A stretch of 64,000 nucleotides of DNA, from the IMG/VR virus record IMGVR_UViG_3300020178_000002, positions 248,137 through 312,136 of that record, one strand, 5' to 3'. The notes under the pieces are model-generated. The model worked only from the letters and a program-made list of their open reading frames with translations, searched no databases and had not been told where the DNA came from. The position numbers and the translations under genes are program-made. Shown piece after piece: positions 1-9,054 of this stretch (the stretch's first letter is position 1; every line of letters begins with the position of its first letter).

Positions 1-1
1 A

Positions 2-2461
2 TCTAAGAAGACATATGAACCAGGTGACATTGTTGGCCCATGTGGGATATCTAGTGACCCAGAGTGGTCATCCATTACAGAGAATGGAAAAAAGCCCCTC
101 AAATGTATGCCAAGAGAAAAAGCTCATGATATGGCAAAAAAAGACAGAGCAGAACTCGCTAAGAACAAGAAAAAACAAGAGAGTGGTGGAAAGAAGCCTA
201 CTAACACTCCTACCTTTTCTGAGGAAGCTAAAGAAGTTTTAGACAAGAAGTCTGCTCTAGGGATTACTAGAAACTCTAGGGCTGTATCGAAGCTGAAAAA
301 AGCTATCTTACACCTTTTAGCTTTCTATGCAGAAGATCAAGACAAGAAGATTACAGAGTTCTTGAGCCTTGTTTTGGATAAAGTCGAGTCTAGGCTTCAA
401 AATCAGTTCAATATCAGAAGGTTTTCTTTAGAATCTGCTTCAATAAATAGGTATGACCCTTCTGCAACTAACATTTCCCTTTACTATGCGATAAATGGGG
501 GGAGTTATAGGGTAGACCTGAACATAGGGTATTCAAACCAATACTCTAGATTTAATAGCAATGTTCCTTTGAGAAAGAGAATGGGTGTAGCTCTGTACTC
601 CATAAAAAAGGTGGCAAGTAGTTCTATCTTAATCCCACCCCCACCCTCTGAAGAAGAACACCTCCGAGAGCTTTCTGAAGTATCGTATCAGTATGAAAAT
701 AGATATAATGCTCCAGAGTTGCAGGACGCTTTAGATTCAAGTTCAGAACATCTTTTTTCAAATCTCTTACTAGAACATGGTCATGTTGAGTCACCTGTTA
801 ACATCAAATCTATGATGGATGGGATTCTGGGAAGTATAGTTATTCATAAAAGCTTCTTCAATGTCTCAAGGCCTAATGTTCTAGCTAGCAAACATGGTAT
901 TCCATTTAAGTATGACTACTTAGAGTCTGCACAGACACCTAGCTACCCTAGTGGACACACAGCTCAGGCTTACTATGCTGCTCTCTTACTTGCTGATAAA
1001 TACCCTCTCCTGAGAGAGGGTTTATTAAATATAGCCAGGATGGTTGAACAATCGAGAGTAGATAGAGGTGTCCATTACCCTTCAGACAACAAGGCAGGTA
1101 AACTACTCGCTACTGTTCTTTATGAGAATAAGAAGCTAGGAAAGAAAGCAGACTTCTTTAGAGAAGTATCTCCACCAGATTCTTTAACAAGTTTAAATCA
1201 AGGAAGTCATGGTAAGGATGAGAACCCCGATGGTGTAAATGACCACAGTTCTTTGCCTAATGGGGATTCAGCAAGGAATATAGGCAGACCTTCTCCAGAT
1301 TCTCCTAATCTGAAGTATAAAGATCTTCACAATCAACCTAGACCTACAAATGTTATAGACAGAGGGTATGTGAATAACAGTGGTAGTGGTTCAGCGAGGG
1401 TCATACCTCAGTCTTTAAAACAAGCTGGTTCTCAACCTGCACAAGATTTAGCTGGTGTGAAGACATGGGTGACTAAGACCAGACAAGATCAAATAAATAA
1501 TGACACTAACCCCGAAAAGACAAGAGCAGATTATGAAGACGGTAAGCCTCAGAGAGACAGAGTTCTACCTTTACCTAGTGGACACCCAGAGGGGAGAACG
1601 GAAGACAGGGCAGCACCGAAAGGATTTAATACTGTGCCCGATTCTAGTGGTCAGGGTGGACAGAATAGACCACCGAAAGATCCAAGTGCATTAAAAGACC
1701 AACCAGAGGGTAAAGCACTACACGAAAGACCTCGATCTAGTGCTGTTCCAGGAGAGAACTATGGACATCCTTATATAGATCAGTCTACTTCTACGGGTCT
1801 TAAACGCAGAATTGTGGGAAATACTGAATTCTGGGATGTTGAAGATGGTGAGGTTGTGGCTGGTCAGTCTAAGCGTAAGACCAACTATAGAATCAAACGC
1901 AGACTTAGGATGCGACCTAGTACAAAGTCTCTTCGCAAGAGAAGAACCAATGTACAACAAAGAAATAGGCAACGGAAGCTATATAGAAAACGAATCAAGA
2001 CAGACTCTAATTTTAGAAAGAACAGAAAAGACTATCGTAAGCAGTATTACAAGAAGCACAAAAAAAGCTCAGAAGGTGAAGTTCTTCCTTTTGAGACTCA
2101 AGGGCTAAAGAAAAGTAAGATGATTAAACAGATGCCTGCTCAAATAGATGAGATCTGGGATGTTGATGACAATGGTGAATTAATAAAAGTTGCTGTAAGG
2201 TCTTTGATGCCTCAAAAAAATAGACAGAAGAAGATGAAGGGTCAAGTCCGTATTGAATATGATAAGAAAAGAAGACGGATGTCCAAAGGTGAAAAGCACA
2301 AAGAGTCTCTCAGGGCTAAAAGAAGATATAATAGAAACCCCAATAGGGCTATAAAGTATCAACAAAACAGGAGAAAGAGGCCAAAGCCTTATAGTCGTAA
2401 GGAATTTGGTGGCCCTCGAACTAAAATCCAACAGAAAAAACAGAAAGAGAAAGATAAATGA
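2..2461 (+). CDS. Large multidomain protein with a PAP2/acid-phosphatase-like domain and very basic C-terminal blocks; 5' end lies outside the window
   Basis: Frame is open from position 2 (SKKTYEPGDIVGPCGISSDPEW...KCMPREK). PAP2 motifs SYPSGH and SRVDRGVHYPSD. R/K-rich C-terminal third. Confidence 0.75.
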   Translation, partial: SKKTYEPGDIVGPCGISSDPEWSSITENGKKPLKCMPREKAHDMAKKDRAELAKNKKKQESGGKKPTNTPTFSEEAKEVLDKKSALGITRNSRAVSKLKKAILHLLAFYAEDQDKKITEFLSLVLDKVESRLQNQFNIRRFSLESASINRYDPSATNISLYYAINGGSYRVDLNIGYSNQYSRFNSNVPLRKRMGVALYSIKKVASSSILIPPPPSEEEHLRELSEVSYQYENRYNAPELQDALDSSSEHLFSNLLLEHGHVESPVNIKSMMDGILGSIVIHKSFFNVSRPNVLASKHGIPFKYDYLESAQTPSYPSGHTAQAYYAALLLADKYPLLREGLLNIARMVEQSRVDRGVHYPSDNKAGKLLATVLYENKKLGKKADFFREVSPPDSLTSLNQGSHGKDENPDGVNDHSSLPNGDSARNIGRPSPDSPNLKYKDLHNQPRPTNVIDRGYVNNSGSGSARVIPQSLKQAGSQPAQDLAGVKTWVTKTRQDQINNDTNPEKTRADYEDGKPQRDRVLPLPSGHPEGRTEDRAAPKGFNTVPDSSGQGGQNRPPKDPSALKDQPEGKALHERPRSSAVPGENYGHPYIDQSTSTGLKRRIVGNTEFWDVEDGEVVAGQSKRKTNYRIKRRLRMRPSTKSLRKRRTNVQQRNRQRKLYRKRIKTDSNFRKNRKDYRKQYYKKHKKSSEGEVLPFETQGLKKSKMIKQMPAQIDEIWDVDDNGELIKVAVRSLMPQKNRQKKMKGQVRIEYDKKRRRMSKGEKHKESLRAKRRYNRNPNRAIKYQQNRRKRPKPYSRKEFGGPRTKIQQKKQKEKDK

Positions 2462-3093
2462 TTATAGAAGCAAGTAATTTAGCAGTATTACAGTTTGTAC
2501 TCTGCACCCTTAGAGCTGCTCACTGGTCTCATTGGACTAGCCATTGGCAAGTCAGAGGTGGTCATTTTTATGGAGACCATGAAATGATGGATAGGATTTA
2601 TAGTTCTTTAGTAGAAGAGATTGATCTTCTTGCAGAGAAGATTGCAGCTTCTGCTGGGTCAGAAGCATTAGATCCTGTTCCTCAAGCTCAACTTATGGCA
2701 AACAAGTTGCTTCCTATTGTTGAAATAAAGGGAGAAAAAGACCCTATAAAAAGGGCTTTGTTTGTAGAGGAGGCTTTGCAGTTCATATTCAAGCATTCTT
2801 ATAACATCCTTAAGGAAAGAGATGCCTTGACTCTAGGTATGGATGATTTCCTCATGTCTATTGCAAGTGCTCACGAAACCAATCTTTATCTTTTGAGACA
2901 GAGATGTGATAGTAGACCTATGTCCCGTAAAGCCTTTAACAAATACAACCCCACAGAGCTTATCTTGCAGTTATATAGAGTCCTATACAAAAATGGTCTT
3001 ACAGATACTGTTGAGTACTTAAATAAGCACAGAGTACCTAAGGTTGTAAATGATGCTTGGATAAACAGGGGTAAACTCGAGCTTATCGACTAG
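2458..3093 (+). CDS. dps: Dps/ferritin-like DNA-protection protein with C-terminal extension
   Basis: HWQVRGGHFYGDHEMMDRIY...EEIDLLAEK matches the Dps ferroxidase signature HWxxxGxxFxxxHExxD...DxxAE. Confidence 0.75.
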   Translation: MIIEASNLAVLQFVLCTLRAAHWSHWTSHWQVRGGHFYGDHEMMDRIYSSLVEEIDLLAEKIAASAGSEALDPVPQAQLMANKLLPIVEIKGEKDPIKRALFVEEALQFIFKHSYNILKERDALTLGMDDFLMSIASAHETNLYLLRQRCDSRPMSRKAFNKYNPTELILQLYRVLYKNGLTDTVEYLNKHRVPKVVNDAWINRGKLELID

Positions 3094-3115
3094 ATTCTAT
3101 TGTTAAAAAAATAAT

Positions 3116-3139
3116 CCCCCCATGTCTGTATTTGATAAT
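3116..3139 (+). promoter_or_regulatory. Putative phage promoter, CCCCC-N9/10-TTGATAA motif
   Basis: cccccc-atgtctgtat-ttgataat upstream of RBS AAAGGA and ATG 3180; motif recurs five times. Confidence 0.6.
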
Positions 3140-3179
3140 AAGAGTAAATACAGATTAAATTAGAAAAGGATTATTTATT

Positions 3180-3689
3180 ATGGCAATTCAAACAGTTGAA
3201 GTTAAAATTGAGAATCTCCCAGCCCACATTTCAGCCCCTTTCTATGGCAAGAATGTTGATGAGAATGGGAACGCTCTTCCAAGCAAGAGAGAGAAGTCTT
3301 GGACATTCACCCTAAGTAATAGTCGGTTGAATACACACATGACTTTCAAGTCTGTTCGTTCAAAAGGTGACTACCTTACTGATCCCACAACTCTATATGT
3401 TATGGATGGTAATGATGTTTATGAGAGAATCGGTACTGTCGCTTTTGGTGTCTTCCGACCCTCAGCAGTAAATACCTCTCGGTTAGTCCTAGCACAAGAG
3501 ACACTAAGCTGGTTATTGCAATCAACTCAAGAGGACATGGATAACTCTCCACACCTCAAGATTTACGCTCAGTCTCGGTGTGCTAGGTGTGCTAGAAAGC
3601 TAACGAACCCCAACTCTATCGAGTTTTTCTTTGGGCCTATTTGTCGAGGCAAGGCAAACATTAGTAAGCCTGCTCAACCTAAGAAGTAA
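3180..3689 (+). CDS. Phage protein with C-terminal Zn-ribbon (DUF6011-like)
   Basis: CARCARKLTNPNSIEFFFGPIC motif; good RBS. Confidence 0.65.
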   Translation: MAIQTVEVKIENLPAHISAPFYGKNVDENGNALPSKREKSWTFTLSNSRLNTHMTFKSVRSKGDYLTDPTTLYVMDGNDVYERIGTVAFGVFRPSAVNTSRLVLAQETLSWLLQSTQEDMDNSPHLKIYAQSRCARCARKLTNPNSIEFFFGPICRGKANISKPAQPKK

Positions 3690-3842
3690 TTTACTTCAGT
3701 AGGTCTTTTATTGCACCAAAGAAGAATGGGGAATAAAAGACAAATATCATTGTGATGTATATGTAGCTCATAACTGAAACCTTTCAAAGCTTTTAGTTTT
3801 TTCGCCATATACTCACCTAAATAAGAAAAGGCAAGGCGGTTT

Positions 3843-4013
3843 ATGAATTTTTTTGACAGGTTTATTTCTAAAAACCTAGACAATGCTTGGGTGATGCTTC
3901 CTATTAGCTCCCTATTCATGTTTGGCTATATTTTTTGCATCTCACTGTGGTTTTCTTCACCTATAATTATTTTGATGGTGATCGCCCATTATTTAGATGC
4001 TTGGGGGTTATAG
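3843..4013 (+). CDS. Small membrane protein (56 aa), not in ORF track
   Basis: MNFFDRFISKNLDNAWVMLPISSLFMFGYIFCISLWFSSPIIILMVIAHYLDAWGL; AAGG upstream. Confidence 0.45.
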   Translation: MNFFDRFISKNLDNAWVMLPISSLFMFGYIFCISLWFSSPIIILMVIAHYLDAWGL

Positions 4014-4020
4014 AAATATA

Positions 4021-4045
4021 CCCCCCCCTCATTACTATTGATAAT
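4021..4045 (+). promoter_or_regulatory. Putative phage promoter, CCCCC-N9/10-TTGATAA motif
   Basis: C8-tcattacta-ttgataat, followed by GAGGA RBS and ATG 4084. Confidence 0.6.
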
Positions 4046-4083
4046 AATAGTAAATAACAACACAAAACAGAAACGAGGATATT

Positions 4084-4161
4084 ATGATTGTACTATACAG
4101 CATTATTTTAACAGCCAGCTATACAGTTCTACTAATGAGTGCTCTTGAGGTTCAGAATTAA
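4084..4161 (+). CDS. Hydrophobic micropeptide (25 aa)
   Basis: MIVLYSIILTASYTVLLMSALEVQN; GAGGA RBS; directly downstream of promoter motif. Confidence 0.45.
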   Translation: MIVLYSIILTASYTVLLMSALEVQN

Positions 4162-4221
4162 ATGATTATTCACACAATTATTGTCATTCTAGTCATTAGT
4201 ATTATCACTGATCTATGCTAG
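4162..4221 (+). CDS. Hydrophobic micropeptide (19 aa)
   Basis: MIIHTIIVILVISIITDLC; TAAATG junction with previous ORF and GAGG upstream. Confidence 0.35.
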   Translation: MIIHTIIVILVISIITDLC

Positions 4222-4267
4222 TATATTAGTAACTATACTTTGACCTAATAGGTTTCAGTTATAGTCC

Positions 4268-4299
4268 AGCCTCTACTAATAGTAGGGGCTTTTCTTTTT
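4268..4299 (+). terminator. Intrinsic terminator
   Basis: agcctctact-aat-agtaggggct followed by T-rich run. Confidence 0.7.
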
Positions 4300-4311
4300 A
4301 GGGGAAGAAAT

Positions 4312-4545
4312 ATGGAAAAGAAAAAGCTATCTCCCCAAGCAATCGCAAACATTAAGATTAAGAACTTGCGAAATAGAACTCCAGAAGAAGCTGAAGAAGC
4401 TCGTAGGAGATTCAGGGAGAACATGGAAAGTCAAGAGGTCTTAGAGTTCATTGAAAGAGAAGTGAGCCGACAGAACCTTGAAGACGAACACAAGAAAGCA
4501 AAAGACTATCTCAAAGAGAGACTAAAGCAGATTTACTCTAGGTAA
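4312..4545 (+). CDS. Hypothetical charged helical protein
   Basis: 77-aa ORF with AGGGG RBS. Confidence 0.55.
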   Translation: MEKKKLSPQAIANIKIKNLRNRTPEEAEEARRRFRENMESQEVLEFIEREVSRQNLEDEHKKAKDYLKERLKQIYSR

Positions 4546-4584
4546 GTTGCTTAGTCCAGAGATATTCTTTTGCCTTTTTTTTGC

Positions 4585-7500
4585 CTATTTTTTTCCGTAC
4601 CTTCCGTTTATAGACCCTCTGAGATCATACCTAGATCTTTTAGGTGCTATTCTCTTTGAATCAGATCCGCCTCTGCCTGTGTATCTACCACCTGTAGCAA
4701 AGCTTTTCCCACCAGCAAGAGGGTGAGATCCACCTCTTGAGCCTTGTGCGAAGTATCTGGTTTTACCCATACTGTTTGAAGCTAACCAGATCATTCTAAC
4801 AAGTGCATCAGACATATCGTCATGTTTCCCAGCAGTTTGCGGTGCTTCCACAGTAATAAGGTGTTTTGAATGCACTGTTTGCTGTAGCTCTAAAAGCTCT
4901 GCAATATAAGGTTCGTGACCATCTACATAAGGGTCTTTCTTGTTGTAGAGCTTTAGCTTCTTATCCCACATCATGTCCTTAAAGTTTTGGAACATATTCG
5001 ATGTGATTTGTTTAGTCATGTTGACAGAAGTCAGTTGTTTCAGCCCTCTCTTTTCGAGAGCTTGTTGAAAAGGAATCCCAGCCCATTGGTCAAAGATCCC
5101 TTCAGTGAAGAAGAACTTCTTAGAATACTCAAGAACCCAATCCGCAACATCATCAAACTCTAGTCTCTCTTTATCATGGTAGATGCCTTCACCAGCTTTT
5201 ATTTGATCTACCAAGTCAAGAACTATCATATCGTCTTCAAGGTGTCCTATTGCTATTGCAGTACCATCGCCAACCAAAGCTAAGTCGATTCCAACAAAGT
5301 GTGGCTTTCTAGCTGGTGCTGATCTCTTGGGAGATAGGCTTGGGTCTACACAAGCTAAAAGGTCTTCTTCTTTCTCAATCCAGCCTCTGGTTCTATCTGT
5401 AAACTCACCACCATACTCTGTAAAGAACACAGCAGCGTTTTTGAGGTAATGCTTTTCAAACTCTTGAGCAGGGACTGTGGGGTTTACTTCCCAAGTCGGT
5501 GCTTGTACAGCTAGGATATTATCAGCAGCCGCACCACCTCTCATACCTATTTGAAATAAGTTATAAAATAGCCCTTGTCGGCCTAAAGGAGATGAAATAA
5601 GGATAACCCTACCCTCTACCTCTCCAATTGGCTTTGTGGGGTCTTCTGGGTCTTTAGCAGAATATGCAGATGTCGAAGGTACGACAGCGTTATAAACTTC
5701 TTCTGCACCAGATTGACCTGTCTCTGTAAAGTGAGCAACCTCGTCAAGAATAACGCATATATTACCAGCACCACGAAGACCTTTAGCGACACAAGACCTA
5801 AAGGTAACTTTCAGCGTTGCTTTTGCAGAGGGGTCTTCGATATACCTACCATATTTCTCTACATCTGCTGGTGTCTGAAACCTTGCATATGAGAGAGTGT
5901 TATTTGCAGTGTAAGGGCCAAAAAATGCACAGTTTCGATAGTGTCCTGACACCTCTTGATAGAGAAGTCCAGCTTGGTCTTTATCGGTCGCTACTGATAT
6001 AATCTGGATGTTATTTGAAGCAGGTAGGCCATAGAACTTTTGAGGGTTTTCTTTTTTAATAAGTTTATATGTCTCATAGGCAGCAATACAAGCAGAGATT
6101 GTTGTGTTGTGGTTCGTAAAGCCATTACCTACAAACATAGATCCATCTGGAACATTCAAGTCAAAGACATGGCTCTCAGATTCTTCAACTTTTCTAACTG
6201 GTTCAAATATGTAATCTTTATCTAGGATCTCATTTAGCTTAAGGATAGAAGATTCTGAAATCTTCGCTTCTTTTATGATACTTCTTACCTTTTCAAAGCT
6301 TGTGCTTTTCTGTCTTAAACCCAAGTCTTCATGGCTATTTAAGTAAGAGCTGATTCTAGGAGGTAGTCCTATTTCGCCACTCTTTGGGGTTGAGGTCATC
6401 CTTTTAGCTAGGGAGTCTAGCTTTTCTCTTTTCTCTTTTGAGATGAAGCCTATGTCCTTGTGGAAGATTCTGTATGAAGCCCATTTCTTTAGTCTGATTC
6501 TGTAGTAGGGCTTTCCATCTCTTATTGTTTCTTTTCGAGATGAGAACACTCCTAAGCTCAAGAGCAAGGTTTGAACCTGTTTACCTAGTAGTTCGCTTTT
6601 TGTTGTGAAAGAGACATCTCGTCTGTCTCTTGATACAGACCCATCTGTTTCAAAAAGACCTCTAATAAAAGCACATTGAACATCTCTTGGTGATCTTAGT
6701 ATAATGTCTGGTATGCATTTATCTTTATACTTTGCTTTAATCTTCCAGCCAAGATTGTGCAGGAATTTTCTGAAGTTCTTGTCATAAACGACAATCTTAC
6801 TACAGTTCTTATTTTTTTGAGGTATCTCAGCGACCTTTCCAAAAAGGGAAAACATGGTTAAGATGAGGTTTTCTTTAAAAGAGTTATCTCCTACTGTCAC
6901 AACAATACAGTTTTCTTCAGACCAAGATCCATCTCCAGCCAAGATACCTAACATCTCACCCCAATCTTTTGTGAGATACTCTGGAAATCTTTTATTTGGG
7001 TTCAGGTCTTTAGTGTATTCATTTAGCTTTACATATTGGTCAGTGAATATACTTCTTTTGTGGTTCAGGCAGGTAATGTCTCCCTCTTTTAGGTTTTCAA
7101 GATATTTCCAAGAGATGTTTAAGTTCTTATCGAGGACTTTGATTCTATGGTTTCCAGTTCCTTCTAAAGTGTACCCTGATTCTGTTTCCAATTTGAAAGT
7201 AGGTTTTATACCACCATTGTAGAAGTAAGCTGCTCTTGCAGTTTTGCCACCTTCTTGTACAACCTTAACTGATATTTTTTGGTATTCAGGTGCATCAAGG
7301 GAAGAGTCTCCTAATGAATCTATACGAACCAAACCTTTATCTGTAGGTATCAGAGTATCTCCTGTAACGCATTTACCAGATCTTCGACCTATCGAGAGAA
7401 TCATTTCCCTTCTTTGTTTTCCAGGTATGACCTCTCCTATATTGCATCTTCCCTCATCAAAAAGTTTTTTGAGGTAAGACTTTTCAGTGTGGGTTTCAAC

Positions 7501-7707
7501 TTTGGTTCTAGTCCAATCAGAAATCTGGAAAGTTTCGACATCATCTAACTCTAAGCCATAGTGTGCTTTGAGTATAACTCTCTGTACAGGAAATAGGGTC
7601 ATTTTTAGACCCCAAGAAGACTCTACAAACTCTATAATGTCTGCATCTTTTTCTGATTTTTTCCCAGCCCTAGCACTAGCACTTATAGCTACTGAGGATA
7701 AGCTCAT
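4585..7707 (-). CDS. terL: Terminase large subunit, intein-containing
   Basis: Walker A GRRSGK/TT interrupted by an intein; Walker B ILDEVAHF; ISSPLG motif; RNase H nuclease GIDLA...GDGTAIA...HDDMSDA. Confidence 0.9.
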   Translation of the reverse strand: MSLSSVAISASARAGKKSEKDADIIEFVESSWGLKMTLFPVQRVILKAHYGLELDDVETFQISDWTRTKVETHTEKSYLKKLFDEGRCNIGEVIPGKQRREMILSIGRRSGKCVTGDTLIPTDKGLVRIDSLGDSSLDAPEYQKISVKVVQEGGKTARAAYFYNGGIKPTFKLETESGYTLEGTGNHRIKVLDKNLNISWKYLENLKEGDITCLNHKRSIFTDQYVKLNEYTKDLNPNKRFPEYLTKDWGEMLGILAGDGSWSEENCIVVTVGDNSFKENLILTMFSLFGKVAEIPQKNKNCSKIVVYDKNFRKFLHNLGWKIKAKYKDKCIPDIILRSPRDVQCAFIRGLFETDGSVSRDRRDVSFTTKSELLGKQVQTLLLSLGVFSSRKETIRDGKPYYRIRLKKWASYRIFHKDIGFISKEKREKLDSLAKRMTSTPKSGEIGLPPRISSYLNSHEDLGLRQKSTSFEKVRSIIKEAKISESSILKLNEILDKDYIFEPVRKVEESESHVFDLNVPDGSMFVGNGFTNHNTTISACIAAYETYKLIKKENPQKFYGLPASNNIQIISVATDKDQAGLLYQEVSGHYRNCAFFGPYTANNTLSYARFQTPADVEKYGRYIEDPSAKATLKVTFRSCVAKGLRGAGNICVILDEVAHFTETGQSGAEEVYNAVVPSTSAYSAKDPEDPTKPIGEVEGRVILISSPLGRQGLFYNLFQIGMRGGAAADNILAVQAPTWEVNPTVPAQEFEKHYLKNAAVFFTEYGGEFTDRTRGWIEKEEDLLACVDPSLSPKRSAPARKPHFVGIDLALVGDGTAIAIGHLEDDMIVLDLVDQIKAGEGIYHDKERLEFDDVADWVLEYSKKFFFTEGIFDQWAGIPFQQALEKRGLKQLTSVNMTKQITSNMFQNFKDMMWDKKLKLYNKKDPYVDGHEPYIAELLELQQTVHSKHLITVEAPQTAGKHDDMSDALVRMIWLASNSMGKTRYFAQGSRGGSHPLAGGKSFATGGRYTGRGGSDSKRIAPKRSRYDLRGSINGRYGKK
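6106..7371 (-). mobile_element. Intein (422 aa) with LAGLIDADG homing endonuclease in the TerL P-loop
   Basis: Starts CVTGDT, block B TGNHRI, LAGLIDADG motifs LGILAGDGS and FIRGLFETDG, ends VFDLNVP...FVGNGFTNHN/T. Confidence 0.92.
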
Positions 7708-8366
7708 TATTTATCCTTTTCCATTGCTTTCTTTGCATCAATAATCCATTCAGGGTCATCTACCAAAGCCCCAAAAGTTGCAAACACACTTTCAGCTAGC
7801 TCTGGTCTAACCCCAGCTTCGTCACATGCTTTTCTGAAAGTCTCTGCAATGTGTCCAAATAGCTTTTTAAAAGCTTTTGATTCTAAATCTATCGACTTAG
7901 AGGACATGATCTCTTTTTTCTTGAGCCATGTATCACCAACTGCTCTCAAGGCATTAACTCTTCTGAGAGAGATTTGTGAAGTCGCTTCTCCCCTTCTCTC
8001 TGCTTCTTCTCTTTCAAAAGCAAGAGAGGCAGACTCTTCAGCAAGACCTACAAGCACTTGAGTTAAGACATTTTCTGACTCTGGTGCTTTTTTCGTTTCC
8101 TCTAAAACCTTGTCAGAGCTGACTTTGCTCTTTTTACGAGCTTGAAGATTATTTAAGCTCACAGAAGGGTTTGTCTTTTGAGTGTTGGCACTAGGTGAAG
8201 AGCTAGGAGATCCAGGCGTACCAAACATAACGTATGCTTCACCTGTTTTTGGGTTGATCTGGATGCTATCTGTGGGCAAAACCTCTGATGGCTTTTTCCA
8301 GACTGACTTTCCGTATTCATTTCTTACTTGTACTCTAGTAGCACCTTTAGGGATAGGTATCGACAT
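7707..8366 (-). CDS. Hypothetical protein, possible terminase small subunit
   Basis: Coupled directly upstream of terL; helical C-terminus; function inferred from position only. Confidence 0.45.
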   Translation of the reverse strand: MSIPIPKGATRVQVRNEYGKSVWKKPSEVLPTDSIQINPKTGEAYVMFGTPGSPSSSPSANTQKTNPSVSLNNLQARKKSKVSSDKVLEETKKAPESENVLTQVLVGLAEESASLAFEREEAERRGEATSQISLRRVNALRAVGDTWLKKKEIMSSKSIDLESKAFKKLFGHIAETFRKACDEAGVRPELAESVFATFGALVDDPEWIIDAKKAMEKDK

Positions 8367-8379
8367 GGCAACTTATCTT

Positions 8380-9045
8380 TCATAAAATCTCCATAGGAGA
8401 GAAGTTCTTATTCTGGAGCAGGTTAATATAAGAGCCTCCCTCCGTAAGAGTTGGGTCATATAATACATTACCATCCTTGTCTTCTAATATGAAAGGTGGG
8501 TCGCCAGCCAAGAGTAGGTAAGACAATGAATATATCTTGATAAAGACTTCATCTAGTACTCCAGAACTTTTAATGTGCAGGTGGTTTAAGTTATTAGGGT
8601 CTAGAGTTGATATTAGTCCAATCTTCATATCGTTTATGACATCATTAAGATCTGCAGCTACATCAAATTTGCTACCAGCACCTTCACCCTCTGCCCTACC
8701 GAAATACTCACCTGCTTTTAAAGCTGTAAGCCTATCTTCAAGCATATAAGACTTCCCAAAGATTTGGATTTGATCTTGAAGATAATAAGGTGGTGCATTT
8801 CCTAAGTTCTCATTTCCAAAGTCTGTTGTTTCTACTTTGAGAACTAAGAGGGTTTCTGCTTCTTTAACATTAGCAAGAACACCTGTTCCAAGTTGTGTTG
8901 TTATAACTTGAGACTCAAACACCTGTCTTGTAGGAACTGGGTTTCCAGCTTCCCCTTTAGAAGGGTCCGAAGACTTTTGACTGTGAGCGACTAGCATTTT
9001 AAATCTAGGTGATACGCTGATTCTTCTTCCATATCCAGAATACAT
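8380..9045 (-). CDS. Hypothetical protein (late/structural block)
   Basis: 221-aa ORF with AAGGAG RBS. Confidence 0.6.
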   Translation of the reverse strand: MYSGYGRRISVSPRFKMLVAHSQKSSDPSKGEAGNPVPTRQVFESQVITTQLGTGVLANVKEAETLLVLKVETTDFGNENLGNAPPYYLQDQIQIFGKSYMLEDRLTALKAGEYFGRAEGEGAGSKFDVAADLNDVINDMKIGLISTLDPNNLNHLHIKSSGVLDEVFIKIYSLSYLLLAGDPPFILEDKDGNVLYDPTLTEGGSYINLLQNKNFSPMEIL

Positions 9046-9054
9046 CTCTACTCC

